Positions 33,564 through 41,431 of a stretch of 64,000 nucleotides of DNA are shown here, in pieces. The position numbers and the translations under genes are program-made. Below the pieces are notes generated by a model. It saw only the letters and a program-made list of their open reading frames with translations. It searched no databases and was not told the origin of the DNA. Origin of the DNA: Gemmatimonadota bacterium (lineage in GTDB: Bacteria > Gemmatimonadota > Gemmatimonadetes > Palauibacterales > Palauibacteraceae); the NCBI GenBank assembly GCA_033720355.1, contig JAWWCR010000001.1, forward strand, positions 10,364 through 74,363, in the 5' to 3' direction. Every line of letters begins with the position of its first letter. Position 1 is the stretch's first letter.

Positions 33564-35066
33564 ATGCCTCGATACCGACACCCGACCCCGAGTTCGACCC
33601 CACGGCCATCTCTGCCGGCCTCTCCCCGGCGAACCCCGAGCGGTCTGCCCGGCGTGGCCGTTCCGCTGCTCCTCGCCGCCTCGGTCGCCGCGGCCGGGGG
33701 CTCGTCGTCGGCTGCACAGATGCCGGCCGGACAGACGACCCCTCCCGGGGCCGGACCGATCACGGAAGCGTACCGCGAGCCGGCGGGGCGGATGATCGGG
33801 GCCGCGCTCACGGACGAGGAGGGATGGGAGAAGCTCACCCATCTCACGACCCGGATCGGGCATCGATTGAGCGGCTCGTCGGGGCTCGAGCGCGCGATCG
33901 CATGGGCGGATGAGGCGATGCGGGCCGAGGGTCTGGATGTGACGCTCCAGCCCGTTATGGTGCCTCACTGGGTGCGCGGGGAGGAGTACGCCCGCGTCGT
34001 GGCACCCGTGACGCGGCGGCTATCGATTCTGGGGCTGGGGAACAGCGTCGGTACGGGCGGCGAGCCCATCGAGGCCCCGGTCGTGGTCGTGGGGTCGTTC
34101 GAGGAGCTCGAGCGGCTCGGGCGGAGTGCGGTCGAGGGCCGAATCGTCCTCTTCGCGGTCGAGTGGGAGGGTTACGGGCGCACGGTGCAGTACCGCAGCG
34201 GCGGTGCGTCGGCCGCCGCTCGGCTGGGCGCGGTCGCTGCGCTCGTGCGCTCGGCGACGGGGAACTCCCTCTACACGCCGCACACCGGAGCGATGAACTA
34301 TGCGGAGGATGCGCCCCGTATCCCCGCGGCGGCGGTCACCGTCGAGGACGCGGCATGGATGAGACGGATGGCCGAGGCCGGCGAGACCGTGACGGTGCGT
34401 CTCTACATGGAGGCGGAAATGCTCCCGGACGCGCAGTCGTACAACGTCATTGCCGAGATCCCCGGCTCCGAAGCCCCCGACGAGGTCGTCGTCATGGGCG
34501 GTCACTACGACTCGTGGGATGTCGGCCAGGGCGCGCACGACGACGGAGCGGCCTGCATCGCCGCCTGGCACGCGCTCACGATCATCAAGCGGCTGGGCCT
34601 CGTCCCGCGCCGCACCCTGCGCGTCGTGCTGTGGACGAACGAGGAGAACGGACTGCGCGGAGGGAACGCCTACCGCGACTGGGTCGGCGACGACGTCGCG
34701 AAGCACGTGGCGGCGATCGAGATGGACGGCGGAAACGAGCGTCCGGTCGGTTACGGGGTGACGGTCGAGGGAGACGGGCAGGAGCGGGCCCTCGGTCTCG
34801 CGCGACAGATCGGCGCCCTCCTCGATGGGGTCGACGGCGGCCTGATCGAGGGTGGTGGAGGCGGTGCCGACATCGGGCCGCTCATGCGGGCGGGCGTGCC
34901 GGGTCTGGGTTTCCGGACGGTCGGCGAGCACTACTTCGACTGGCACCACACCGACGCGGACACGATCGACAAGATCGAGAAGACCGATTTCAGAAAAGCC
35001 GTCGCCATGCTCGCCGTAATGGGGTTCGTTCTGGCCGACATGCCGGAGACCCTGTCCGGCGGGTGA
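33564..35066 (+). CDS. Peptidase M28 family aminopeptidase, secreted
   Basis: ATG 33564, signal-like VAVPLLLAASVAAAG. Motifs: VMGGHYDSWDVGQGAHDDGAAC, WTNEENGLRG and HHTDADT. Confidence 0.8.
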   Translation: MPRYRHPTPSSTPRPSLPASPRRTPSGLPGVAVPLLLAASVAAAGGSSSAAQMPAGQTTPPGAGPITEAYREPAGRMIGAALTDEEGWEKLTHLTTRIGHRLSGSSGLERAIAWADEAMRAEGLDVTLQPVMVPHWVRGEEYARVVAPVTRRLSILGLGNSVGTGGEPIEAPVVVVGSFEELERLGRSAVEGRIVLFAVEWEGYGRTVQYRSGGASAAARLGAVAALVRSATGNSLYTPHTGAMNYAEDAPRIPAAAVTVEDAAWMRRMAEAGETVTVRLYMEAEMLPDAQSYNVIAEIPGSEAPDEVVVMGGHYDSWDVGQGAHDDGAACIAAWHALTIIKRLGLVPRRTLRVVLWTNEENGLRGGNAYRDWVGDDVAKHVAAIEMDGGNERPVGYGVTVEGDGQERALGLARQIGALLDGVDGGLIEGGGGGADIGPLMRAGVPGLGFRTVGEHYFDWHHTDADTIDKIEKTDFRKAVAMLAVMGFVLADMPETLSGG

Positions 35067-35084
35067 CGACGGACCCCCTGGCCT

Positions 35085-35113
35085 GACCCGGGATCTCGAT
35101 TGCCCCCCGGGTC
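35085..35113. terminator. Hairpin between convergent genes (possible bidirectional terminator)
   Basis: GACCCGGG-atctcgattgcc-CCCGGGTC is a perfect 8-bp GC stem with a 12-nt loop. It sits in the 61-bp gap between convergent stops. There is no clear U-tract. Confidence 0.4.
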
Positions 35114-35127
35114 GTCTTGCGGTGCGC

Positions 35128-36309
35128 TCAGCGTATGATCGAGGCGTAGCGCAGCACCGGGCCCGGAGGACAGTCGCTTCCGACACATCTCGTGCCGTCC
35201 GTGTAGACCGAGACGAGAGCCGAGCCGTCCCCGAAGACCTCGAGCTTCATGAAGCCCCGCTCGCCGTGCCCCGAGCCCGAGACGAAGGCGGCGCGCGGGA
35301 CGTCCTCCACATGCTGGAGGTCGCTCCCCGCGCCGCTAACGAGGTGGGTGCCCACGCCGAGACCAAAGCCATCGAGAACCTGCAGCGTGTGTTCGTGCCC
35401 CGACGCGTACACGAGCGGCTCGCCACGGTGCTGCTCGAATATCTCCTGGAGCCGGCGACGCATGTGGCTGTTCCGCGCGTTGGGCAGATCCTGCGCGGTT
35501 ATCCCCGCGTTGCGGACGCCCGTGTAGATGAAGGGGATGGGTACGTAGAGCCAGGGAACCACGTCGGTGAGCGGGAAGAACACGGACCGGCCCGAGAAAT
35601 ACCCGCCGTGCCTCCCGAAGGACTCGAGAGGGTGGTGGGCCACGACGACCGCCCGTCGCCCGTCCGGTAACTCAGAGAGCGCCGCGTCGAGATCGGCGAG
35701 GATCTCGACCTCCGTCCTGTTGCCGCAGACAGGATTCACCCGCTCGTCGCGATCGTGGAGCCACCAGTGCGTATCGAGCGCAATCAGCCTGACTGCGCCC
35801 TCGAGATCGATCACGTCGGGGCCCGGGCAGCCGTCGGCGGGCGACATCTCGACCAGGACTCCGGCATCGGCCCTTCGCCGGAGAAACGCCGTCTGGTTCT
35901 GCATCCGCCGCAACCCCTCGGCGCCGGAGTTGGCCCAGTCGTGGTTGCCCGGAATGAAGATCCCGCGCGCACGGGCTCCGCGAAGGACGTCGACCTGCGA
36001 CTCGAGGTGGGTGCTGTCCTGTTCGAACCCGGGGTGATCGGCGTCCCGAACGCCTGCCGGGTAGACGTTGTCGCCGAGGAACACCACCACGGGGGTGGCG
36101 CCGCGGGCTCGATCGATATCCGCTCGAAGCTGCGTCATGACAGGCGGACGACCCACCCCGTATCCGGCGTCGCCGATGAGGTACACGACGGCGACAGGCG
36201 CCTCGGGCGTATGCGGACGCGTGGCAACCGGAAGCGGTGACGCCGCACAGGCGGACAGCACCGCCGCCGGCGCGAGCGCGGCGAATCCGCGGATCGCGTT
36301 AACTGACAA
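35128..36309 (-). CDS. Calcineurin-like metallophosphoesterase, lipoprotein-type signal
   Basis: 393-aa ORF with a TTG start at 36307-36309. AAVLSAC lipobox. Motifs: LIGDAGYG, FLGDNVYP, IPGNHDW, VVAHHP and SGHEH. Confidence 0.75.
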   Translation of the reverse strand: MSVNAIRGFAALAPAAVLSACAASPLPVATRPHTPEAPVAVVYLIGDAGYGVGRPPVMTQLRADIDRARGATPVVVFLGDNVYPAGVRDADHPGFEQDSTHLESQVDVLRGARARGIFIPGNHDWANSGAEGLRRMQNQTAFLRRRADAGVLVEMSPADGCPGPDVIDLEGAVRLIALDTHWWLHDRDERVNPVCGNRTEVEILADLDAALSELPDGRRAVVVAHHPLESFGRHGGYFSGRSVFFPLTDVVPWLYVPIPFIYTGVRNAGITAQDLPNARNSHMRRRLQEIFEQHRGEPLVYASGHEHTLQVLDGFGLGVGTHLVSGAGSDLQHVEDVPRAAFVSGSGHGERGFMKLEVFGDGSALVSVYTDGTRCVGSDCPPGPVLRYASIIR

Positions 36310-36538
36310 TGATTTACCGTCGCCGTCGGGAGTTACCGGAACCCTGCTGTCGAGGGGTCGTGCCCAGAACGCACGGACGGTACGTCATCCTCCCGACGCG
36401 GCGCTACCGAAGCCGAAGACTCAACTCATCGGGTACCCTCCAGTAAGGTTCCGGGGTCCACGTGCATCGAATGTTTGTACGCGGGAAGCATCAACGAACC
36501 GACAGGGGGAGAGGTCGCCCGGCGGGAACAGCACGAAG

Positions 36539-36733
36539 TTATCCGTCGAAACCGACGACCATTTTGTAATCGTGAAGGATTCTGCCACCGCTGATGCACT
36601 TCTTGCCCATCTCCGGGACGCACCGATTGGTGCTGCAACGCATCTCGGGCATGATCGCCAGGGACATGAATCCGGCGACGGTTGCGGCAAGCAGGCTGGC
36701 GACCACCTTCTGAGAGTGTCGTTTCGTTCGCAT
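36539..36733 (-). CDS. Small (64-aa) exported or membrane-anchored Cys-containing protein
   Basis: The ATG at 36731-36733 is preceded by AAAAGGAGGACACC, a strong SD with a 4-nt spacer. MRTKRHSQKVVASLLAATVAGFMSLAIMP is signal/TM-like, followed by EMRCSTNRCVPEMGKKCISGGRILHDYKMVVGFDG. GC is locally lower. It is divergent to the ECF sigma gene. Confidence 0.55.
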   Translation of the reverse strand: MRTKRHSQKVVASLLAATVAGFMSLAIMPEMRCSTNRCVPEMGKKCISGGRILHDYKMVVGFDG

Positions 36734-36810
36734 GGTGTCCTCCTTTTGGGAACGCATGTCATGCGAGCGCCTCTCTTCCCTGTCGGTTCATCTAGGAGGA
36801 GCCAATCCGA

Positions 36811-37341
36811 CTGGAGCGGAGTGACTCCGAAGCGCGAGCTATCGCGCGGATTGTCGCCGGTGATCCGGATGCCCTGGCGGACGCGTTCAAGAAGCACAGC
36901 GAGCGTGTCTACCGGCTCGCTTTCGGGATCACGCGGTCGCTGAGCGATGCGGAAGACATAGTGCAGGACGTCTTCGCGGCTCTGCCGGAGAGCCTCGCGT
37001 CGTTCAGGGGTCGGGCGTCGCTGGGCACCTGGCTTCATCGGGTCGCCGTACGGTCGGCGATGATGCGACTGAGACACGAGCGTCTCATCGACAAGGTCCC
37101 GCTAGAGCTGGCGGCCCGGCGGGCACGGGGAGACGTCTCGCAGCCCGTGGACCGGGTCGCGTTGGAAAGAGCTCTGTACCAGATACCGGACGAGTACCGG
37201 ATCGTAATATGGCTGAAGATCGTCGAGGGCTGGTCGCACGCGGAGATCGCGGAGACCCTCGGCATCACGGAGAACGCATCGTACCAGCGATTGCACCGGG
37301 CGAGACGGCTGTTGCGGGCCGCGCTCGGCGAGAGGAGGTGA
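36811..37341 (+). CDS. ECF-type RNA polymerase sigma factor (sigma-1); probable CTG start
   Basis: Track ORF 36961..37341 lacks region 2.1/2.2. The in-frame sequence upstream reads LERSDSEARAIARIVAGDPDALADAFKKHSERVYRLAFGITRSLSDAEDIVQDVF, parallel to sigma-2 in this window. There is no ATG/GTG/TTG between the TAG at 36793 and 36961. AGGAGGA at 36794-36800 precedes CTG 36811. Confidence 0.7.
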   Translation: MERSDSEARAIARIVAGDPDALADAFKKHSERVYRLAFGITRSLSDAEDIVQDVFAALPESLASFRGRASLGTWLHRVAVRSAMMRLRHERLIDKVPLELAARRARGDVSQPVDRVALERALYQIPDEYRIVIWLKIVEGWSHAEIAETLGITENASYQRLHRARRLLRAALGERR

Positions 37342-37346
37342 GGCGG

Positions 37347-39437
37347 ATGCGGACGTTCTCGAGGCACCCGCGCTTCGAGCGGCTCAGTGAGCTCGCGGAG
37401 GGATCCCTGTCCGCCGACGAGCAGCGTCGGATACGGCGCCATCTCGAGCGTTGCAACCGTTGTCGGCGCGAAGTCGGCCTGATCCGCGATATCGATGACG
37501 CGCTGCTGAGAGTGCCGATTCCGTCCATGCCGGATGGGATCCTCGAGGGGATTCTGAGCCGTCGGGCGGACGGCGTTCGGACGATTCTGCCCGATGGCCC
37601 GGTTCACGCCCCGGCCAGTCCGGCGTGGAGGCCCGCCGCGGTGGCCGCCGGAGCCGTTCTCGCCCTCTCGGCCCTCGTCACGGTGTTCATCCCCGGGGGA
37701 GAGGTTCGCGCGGGAGCGAGCACGCTCAGCCTCGCGACGCCGCCCGTGAGTGGGGCGAGCGTCGCTGCGGTCTACGAGCCCGGCACTCTTCTCCGAGGCC
37801 GCTCGCAGGTCCGTGCCCGCGCCCGCGTCTGGCTCTCCGCGGATCCCGCCAACCCGCTCACGATCGAAGCCGGCGTGCTCGACGCGATAGACGATCGTTA
37901 CGCGGGGGCCATCGACCTCCCTGACGGGACGGGATACGCGGTGATCGTCCTCGAGGATGGTTCGGGGACCGAGATCGACGCGAACGGGGGTGCGTTCTGG
38001 CGATTCGACGCCACGTCGGAGACGGGGGCCACGCCCGGCGTGTTTCGTGCGAAGGTCGAGGCACTCGAGGAGCTCGCCGGGCTGGGGCTGGTGCCGGCGT
38101 CGCAGCCGCTGCTCGCCTCCATCGAGGCGACCCGCCGCTACCCCGACGACGCCGCGCTGTGGCGTCTGCGGGCCTTCCACGAGAAGCTGGCGACCACCGC
38201 CGAGGTGGAGCGCGCTTCGATGCTTGCAGTTCACAGGTCGAGGCTCACCGGTTTCGTCCGTGCTCTCGGACCCGCGCCCGACGCGTCCACCCTGGTGATG
38301 CTCGCCGACTACGCGGAGGCGATCGACGCGAACGAGCTGCAGTCCGAGTTGTTCGAGCGACTCGAGTCTATGGACCCCGATCATCCACTCCTCATCGAGG
38401 CGATGGCCGAGAGTCTGTACGACCCGGAATCGTGGGGTCCCCAGACCCTCGAACCCGCCGACGATCTCTTCCGTCGGACCGGCGGGAGCAGCCAGTGGAT
38501 CGCCCAGATCGGGTACGAGCTCGCGAAGGTGCTGGGCGACACGGACGCCCTGGTCACATGGGGCACCCGGATGTGGGAGCTCCAGCCCGAACTCCGCGAT
38601 CAGGTGGCGATCGACTTCGCGCAGCACCCGGAGCTTCGGTCGGAAGCGATCGAGCTTCTCCGCGGGCGACTGCACCTGTACGAAACGGCTCCACCGTTCG
38701 TGCGAGCGCTCCATCAGACGACGAGCGACTTCGAGAGCGAACTTCGTTCGAGGACGGCGCGGCTCTACGCGGAGCTCGGGAAGGCCCTGGTGGCCGGTGG
38801 GCGGAGAGCGTCGGGCGTAGAGGCTCTGGACAGGTCCATCGAGGAGCGCTGGGACTCCGAGGTTGCGGCGCTTCTCGTCGAGCACGGGGGGGCGTCGAGC
38901 CGATCGCTGGCAGCCCTGGTCGCGGCGGACCCCCTCTACCAGGGCGCTCTGCCCGACGATTTCGGCTTCACGACCGCAGAGCTGGACGCGGCCCATCTGG
39001 AGCTCGAGTCGCGGCTCCTCGCCAGCCTGTCTCAGGGCCGTCTGCCCGAGGACATCCGCCTCCGGTCGAGGGTGGGAGATCCCGTCGAGGTCGACGACGG
39101 AGGGGTGAGCCTGATCGCGTTGTGGCGCGTACCGCCGCACGAGGGGTCCGACGCGTCGATCGAGTTCGCGGAGTACGTCGGGCGTCTCACGGCAGCGGGC
39201 GTACGGGTGGTCGTCGCGTCGCCCGAGATCTGGCTGGACGAAACGATCGTGGTCGCCAATATGGCGGGCGCCCGCCCCGTGCTCGATCAGGACGGCCGCG
39301 CGGCACGCAGCTTCGGGACCGCGGACGTTCGAGATTATGTCGTCGTTCATGACGGCTTCTATTCCGTCCAGTACGATCTGGCGGAGGCGACGCGACTCGC
39401 GCTGTTGCAATCGGAAATCGAGAGCCGGGGGCGCTAA
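37347..39437 (+). CDS. Anti-sigma factor (zf-HC2) with single TM and a roughly 590-aa extracytoplasmic domain
   Basis: ATG 37347 comes after GAGAGGAGG. HLERCNRCRREV is a zf-HC2 motif. TM is AAVAAGAVLALSALVTVFI. A large helical domain follows. The C-terminal ~110 aa follow a TlpA-like pattern without Cys (VSLIALWRVPPHEG...VVVAS...PVLDQDGRAARSFG...YVVVHDG). Confidence 0.7.
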   Translation: MRTFSRHPRFERLSELAEGSLSADEQRRIRRHLERCNRCRREVGLIRDIDDALLRVPIPSMPDGILEGILSRRADGVRTILPDGPVHAPASPAWRPAAVAAGAVLALSALVTVFIPGGEVRAGASTLSLATPPVSGASVAAVYEPGTLLRGRSQVRARARVWLSADPANPLTIEAGVLDAIDDRYAGAIDLPDGTGYAVIVLEDGSGTEIDANGGAFWRFDATSETGATPGVFRAKVEALEELAGLGLVPASQPLLASIEATRRYPDDAALWRLRAFHEKLATTAEVERASMLAVHRSRLTGFVRALGPAPDASTLVMLADYAEAIDANELQSELFERLESMDPDHPLLIEAMAESLYDPESWGPQTLEPADDLFRRTGGSSQWIAQIGYELAKVLGDTDALVTWGTRMWELQPELRDQVAIDFAQHPELRSEAIELLRGRLHLYETAPPFVRALHQTTSDFESELRSRTARLYAELGKALVAGGRRASGVEALDRSIEERWDSEVAALLVEHGGASSRSLAALVAADPLYQGALPDDFGFTTAELDAAHLELESRLLASLSQGRLPEDIRLRSRVGDPVEVDDGGVSLIALWRVPPHEGSDASIEFAEYVGRLTAAGVRVVVASPEIWLDETIVVANMAGARPVLDQDGRAARSFGTADVRDYVVVHDGFYSVQYDLAEATRLALLQSEIESRGR

Positions 39438-39584
39438 CCCCGGCGCGGCGGCGAGGAGCCGCATGAGAAGTGAGATGCACGAGGGACGCGAAACCTTACC
39501 GCGCCCCTCGCACCGGTGTGGGTCGCCGGCGCGCCGGGGGGACGACGCCGCCGCCCGGATTGGGGGCGAAGGCCCCCGGGGTGG

Positions 39585-41426
39585 CTACCTCAGCGGGATC
39601 ACGGCCTCGGCGGTTCCGCCCTTCAGGGCCTCGTAGCGGATCGTCACCGATCCCGACCCACGCAGCAGATACTCGATCGTCCGGGTCTCGTGTCCACCGA
39701 GCCCGCTGCGGACGAGGATGCGCTCGAGCTGCTCCTGATCGATGCGCTCGGTCGGGCCGGGTGCGAACCGGTCGGTCACCCAGCCGGCCGCGATCACCTC
39801 TGCCCCGTCCACCGTGATCAGGTCGGGTCGCACGACGTTGTTTTGCTGTGCCTTCACCGTGATGGTCGGGATCGCCCGATCGTTCGCGAAGTCGACTCTT
39901 ACCCGGTAGACGCCCCCGCCGATGGCCTCCACCGAGGTCTCACCGATTCGGGTCATCGGCATCTGATCGGCATGGTAGAGCGTGAAGGCCATGTTCCGGT
40001 GAAAGAGCTCCATGCTCATGAACCGCGGGTTCACGCGGCCGGAGAGCTTCTTGAAACCGCCCATCTCGACCTCTCCGTAGACCGGGTGGTCGAAGGGAGC
40101 CCACTCAACGTATTGATCGCCGAACTCGAGGAAGTCGTCGAAGAAGTAGCGCGAGCGCTGACCCGAGATCGGCGAGTCGGGATCCCGTCCCTGCTCCTGG
40201 AGAAGCGGGCTGTTGAAGTACTGGCCGCCGTTCCACAGCTCGTTCGAGAAAGAGATGATCCCCAGACCGTCGTTGGTCCAGTCGATGGACCCACCGTGGA
40301 CCGTGTAGAGCCCCTGCCAGATGATCAGGTAGTCGTAGTAGGGGAGCATCCGCTCGCCGGTCTCGCCGAGTTCGTTGTACACCTGGATGTCGCGCTGCGG
40401 GTAGTCGCCGTACCACGCCATCCCCGGTCCGCGCAGGATCATCCCGCCCGAGTTGTGGAAGGACTGGAACCCGGCGATGTTCGGCCGCGTCATCAGGAAG
40501 TCGTTGATCGCGCGCGCCTCGGGGAGCTGGAACGGGTAGTCCATCGACCCGCCCTGGATGTAGTCCGGCTGCCAGTCGGACGCGTAGTTGCGGTTCGGGT
40601 CGTAGCCGCCGATCGGATCCTCGTTCACCCGACCGTCGCCGTCGTTGTCGATCCCCTCCGACCCGAGAAGCTCCCAGTCGCCGGTCTCCCCGATGGGCGC
40701 GGGCTCCATGATACGCGGGTCGTCCGGGCTGATTCGCCAGCGGCCCTGCCCGGGGACGTGCTTGCGGATCTGCTCGATCACCCCGTTGCCGTTCAGGTCG
40801 TCGGGCCCGTCCTCGTCGAACAGGCCGTCACCGTCGCTGTCGACCGGGATGTGCCCCGTCCTCGCGCCCGACCCCGCGCCGTGGAGGAAGTAGTCTCGAC
40901 CGTCCGGGTTGACGCTCGGAAGGATGTAGAACACGCGTTCGTCGACGAGGCGCGTGATCTCGTCGATGCGGCCGTAGTTCTCCATCAGGTACCAGATCGT
41001 GTACAGGGAGACCTCGGCGCCCTGAATCTCGTTCCCGTGCACGTTGGCCTCGATGAACATCCCCGTCTTGGAGAGCTCGGGCCCCGTCGCGGGGTTGTTG
41101 ATCGTCATGAGCCACATCTCCCTCCCCCCATAGCTCTCGCCGAGCGACTGGAGGGACAGGAACTCGGGCCACGTCCGCTCCATCAGCTGGAGGCGCTCGC
41201 CGATCTCTGCGTGGTCGAGCCAGCGATCCCAGGTGAGCGGGAGGGTGTGCTCGGGATCGGAACCCATGCCCGTATCCTGCTGACCCCCGAGCGGAGCGCC
41301 GCCGGGGAGCATCGCGAGGAGCAGGGCGGCCGTCGCGGCGCCGCGCCTCGCACGACGCGAGGGGGCCGTCGGGTCGTCGGTCTTCGTCATCGAGTATTCC
41401 GGAGTCTCCGTGTGTCGTCGGCTCAT
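39585..41426 (-). CDS. Peptidase M14 (zinc carboxypeptidase) family, secreted, catalytic motifs intact
   Basis: C-terminal part of track ORF 39585..41909. Start is ATG 41426 or 41390. Motifs: ANVHGNEIQG (HxxE), NPDGRDY, DPNRNY, SFHNSGG and FSNELW (catalytic Glu). It also has Ca-loop-like DSDGDGLFDEDGPDDLNGNG and DNDGDGRVNED. Confidence 0.8.
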   Translation of the reverse strand: MSRRHTETPEYSMTKTDDPTAPSRRARRGAATAALLLAMLPGGAPLGGQQDTGMGSDPEHTLPLTWDRWLDHAEIGERLQLMERTWPEFLSLQSLGESYGGREMWLMTINNPATGPELSKTGMFIEANVHGNEIQGAEVSLYTIWYLMENYGRIDEITRLVDERVFYILPSVNPDGRDYFLHGAGSGARTGHIPVDSDGDGLFDEDGPDDLNGNGVIEQIRKHVPGQGRWRISPDDPRIMEPAPIGETGDWELLGSEGIDNDGDGRVNEDPIGGYDPNRNYASDWQPDYIQGGSMDYPFQLPEARAINDFLMTRPNIAGFQSFHNSGGMILRGPGMAWYGDYPQRDIQVYNELGETGERMLPYYDYLIIWQGLYTVHGGSIDWTNDGLGIISFSNELWNGGQYFNSPLLQEQGRDPDSPISGQRSRYFFDDFLEFGDQYVEWAPFDHPVYGEVEMGGFKKLSGRVNPRFMSMELFHRNMAFTLYHADQMPMTRIGETSVEAIGGGVYRVRVDFANDRAIPTITVKAQQNNVVRPDLITVDGAEVIAAGWVTDRFAPGPTERIDQEQLERILVRSGLGGHETRTIEYLLRGSGSVTIRYEALKGGTAEAVIPLR

Positions 41427-41431
41427 GTCCG

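Noticed and set aside
36310-36538. Possible additional tiny ORFs (for example a 24-codon MTYRPCVLGTTPRQQGSGNSRRRR after GGGAGG), or a read-through/frameshift extension of the 64-aa peptide gene.
   Set aside because: In-frame continuation after the TAA gives only 15 more codons before a TGA. The mini-ORFs have no supporting features beyond a weak SD. This is too speculative to call.
36421-37077. 218-aa minus-strand ORF, plus 36426..36638(-) and the tail of 36068..36943(+), overlapping the small-peptide gene and the ECF sigma gene.
   Set aside because: These have shadow-type composition and no SD. They overlap a sigma factor reading frame that aligns with a paralog in the window.
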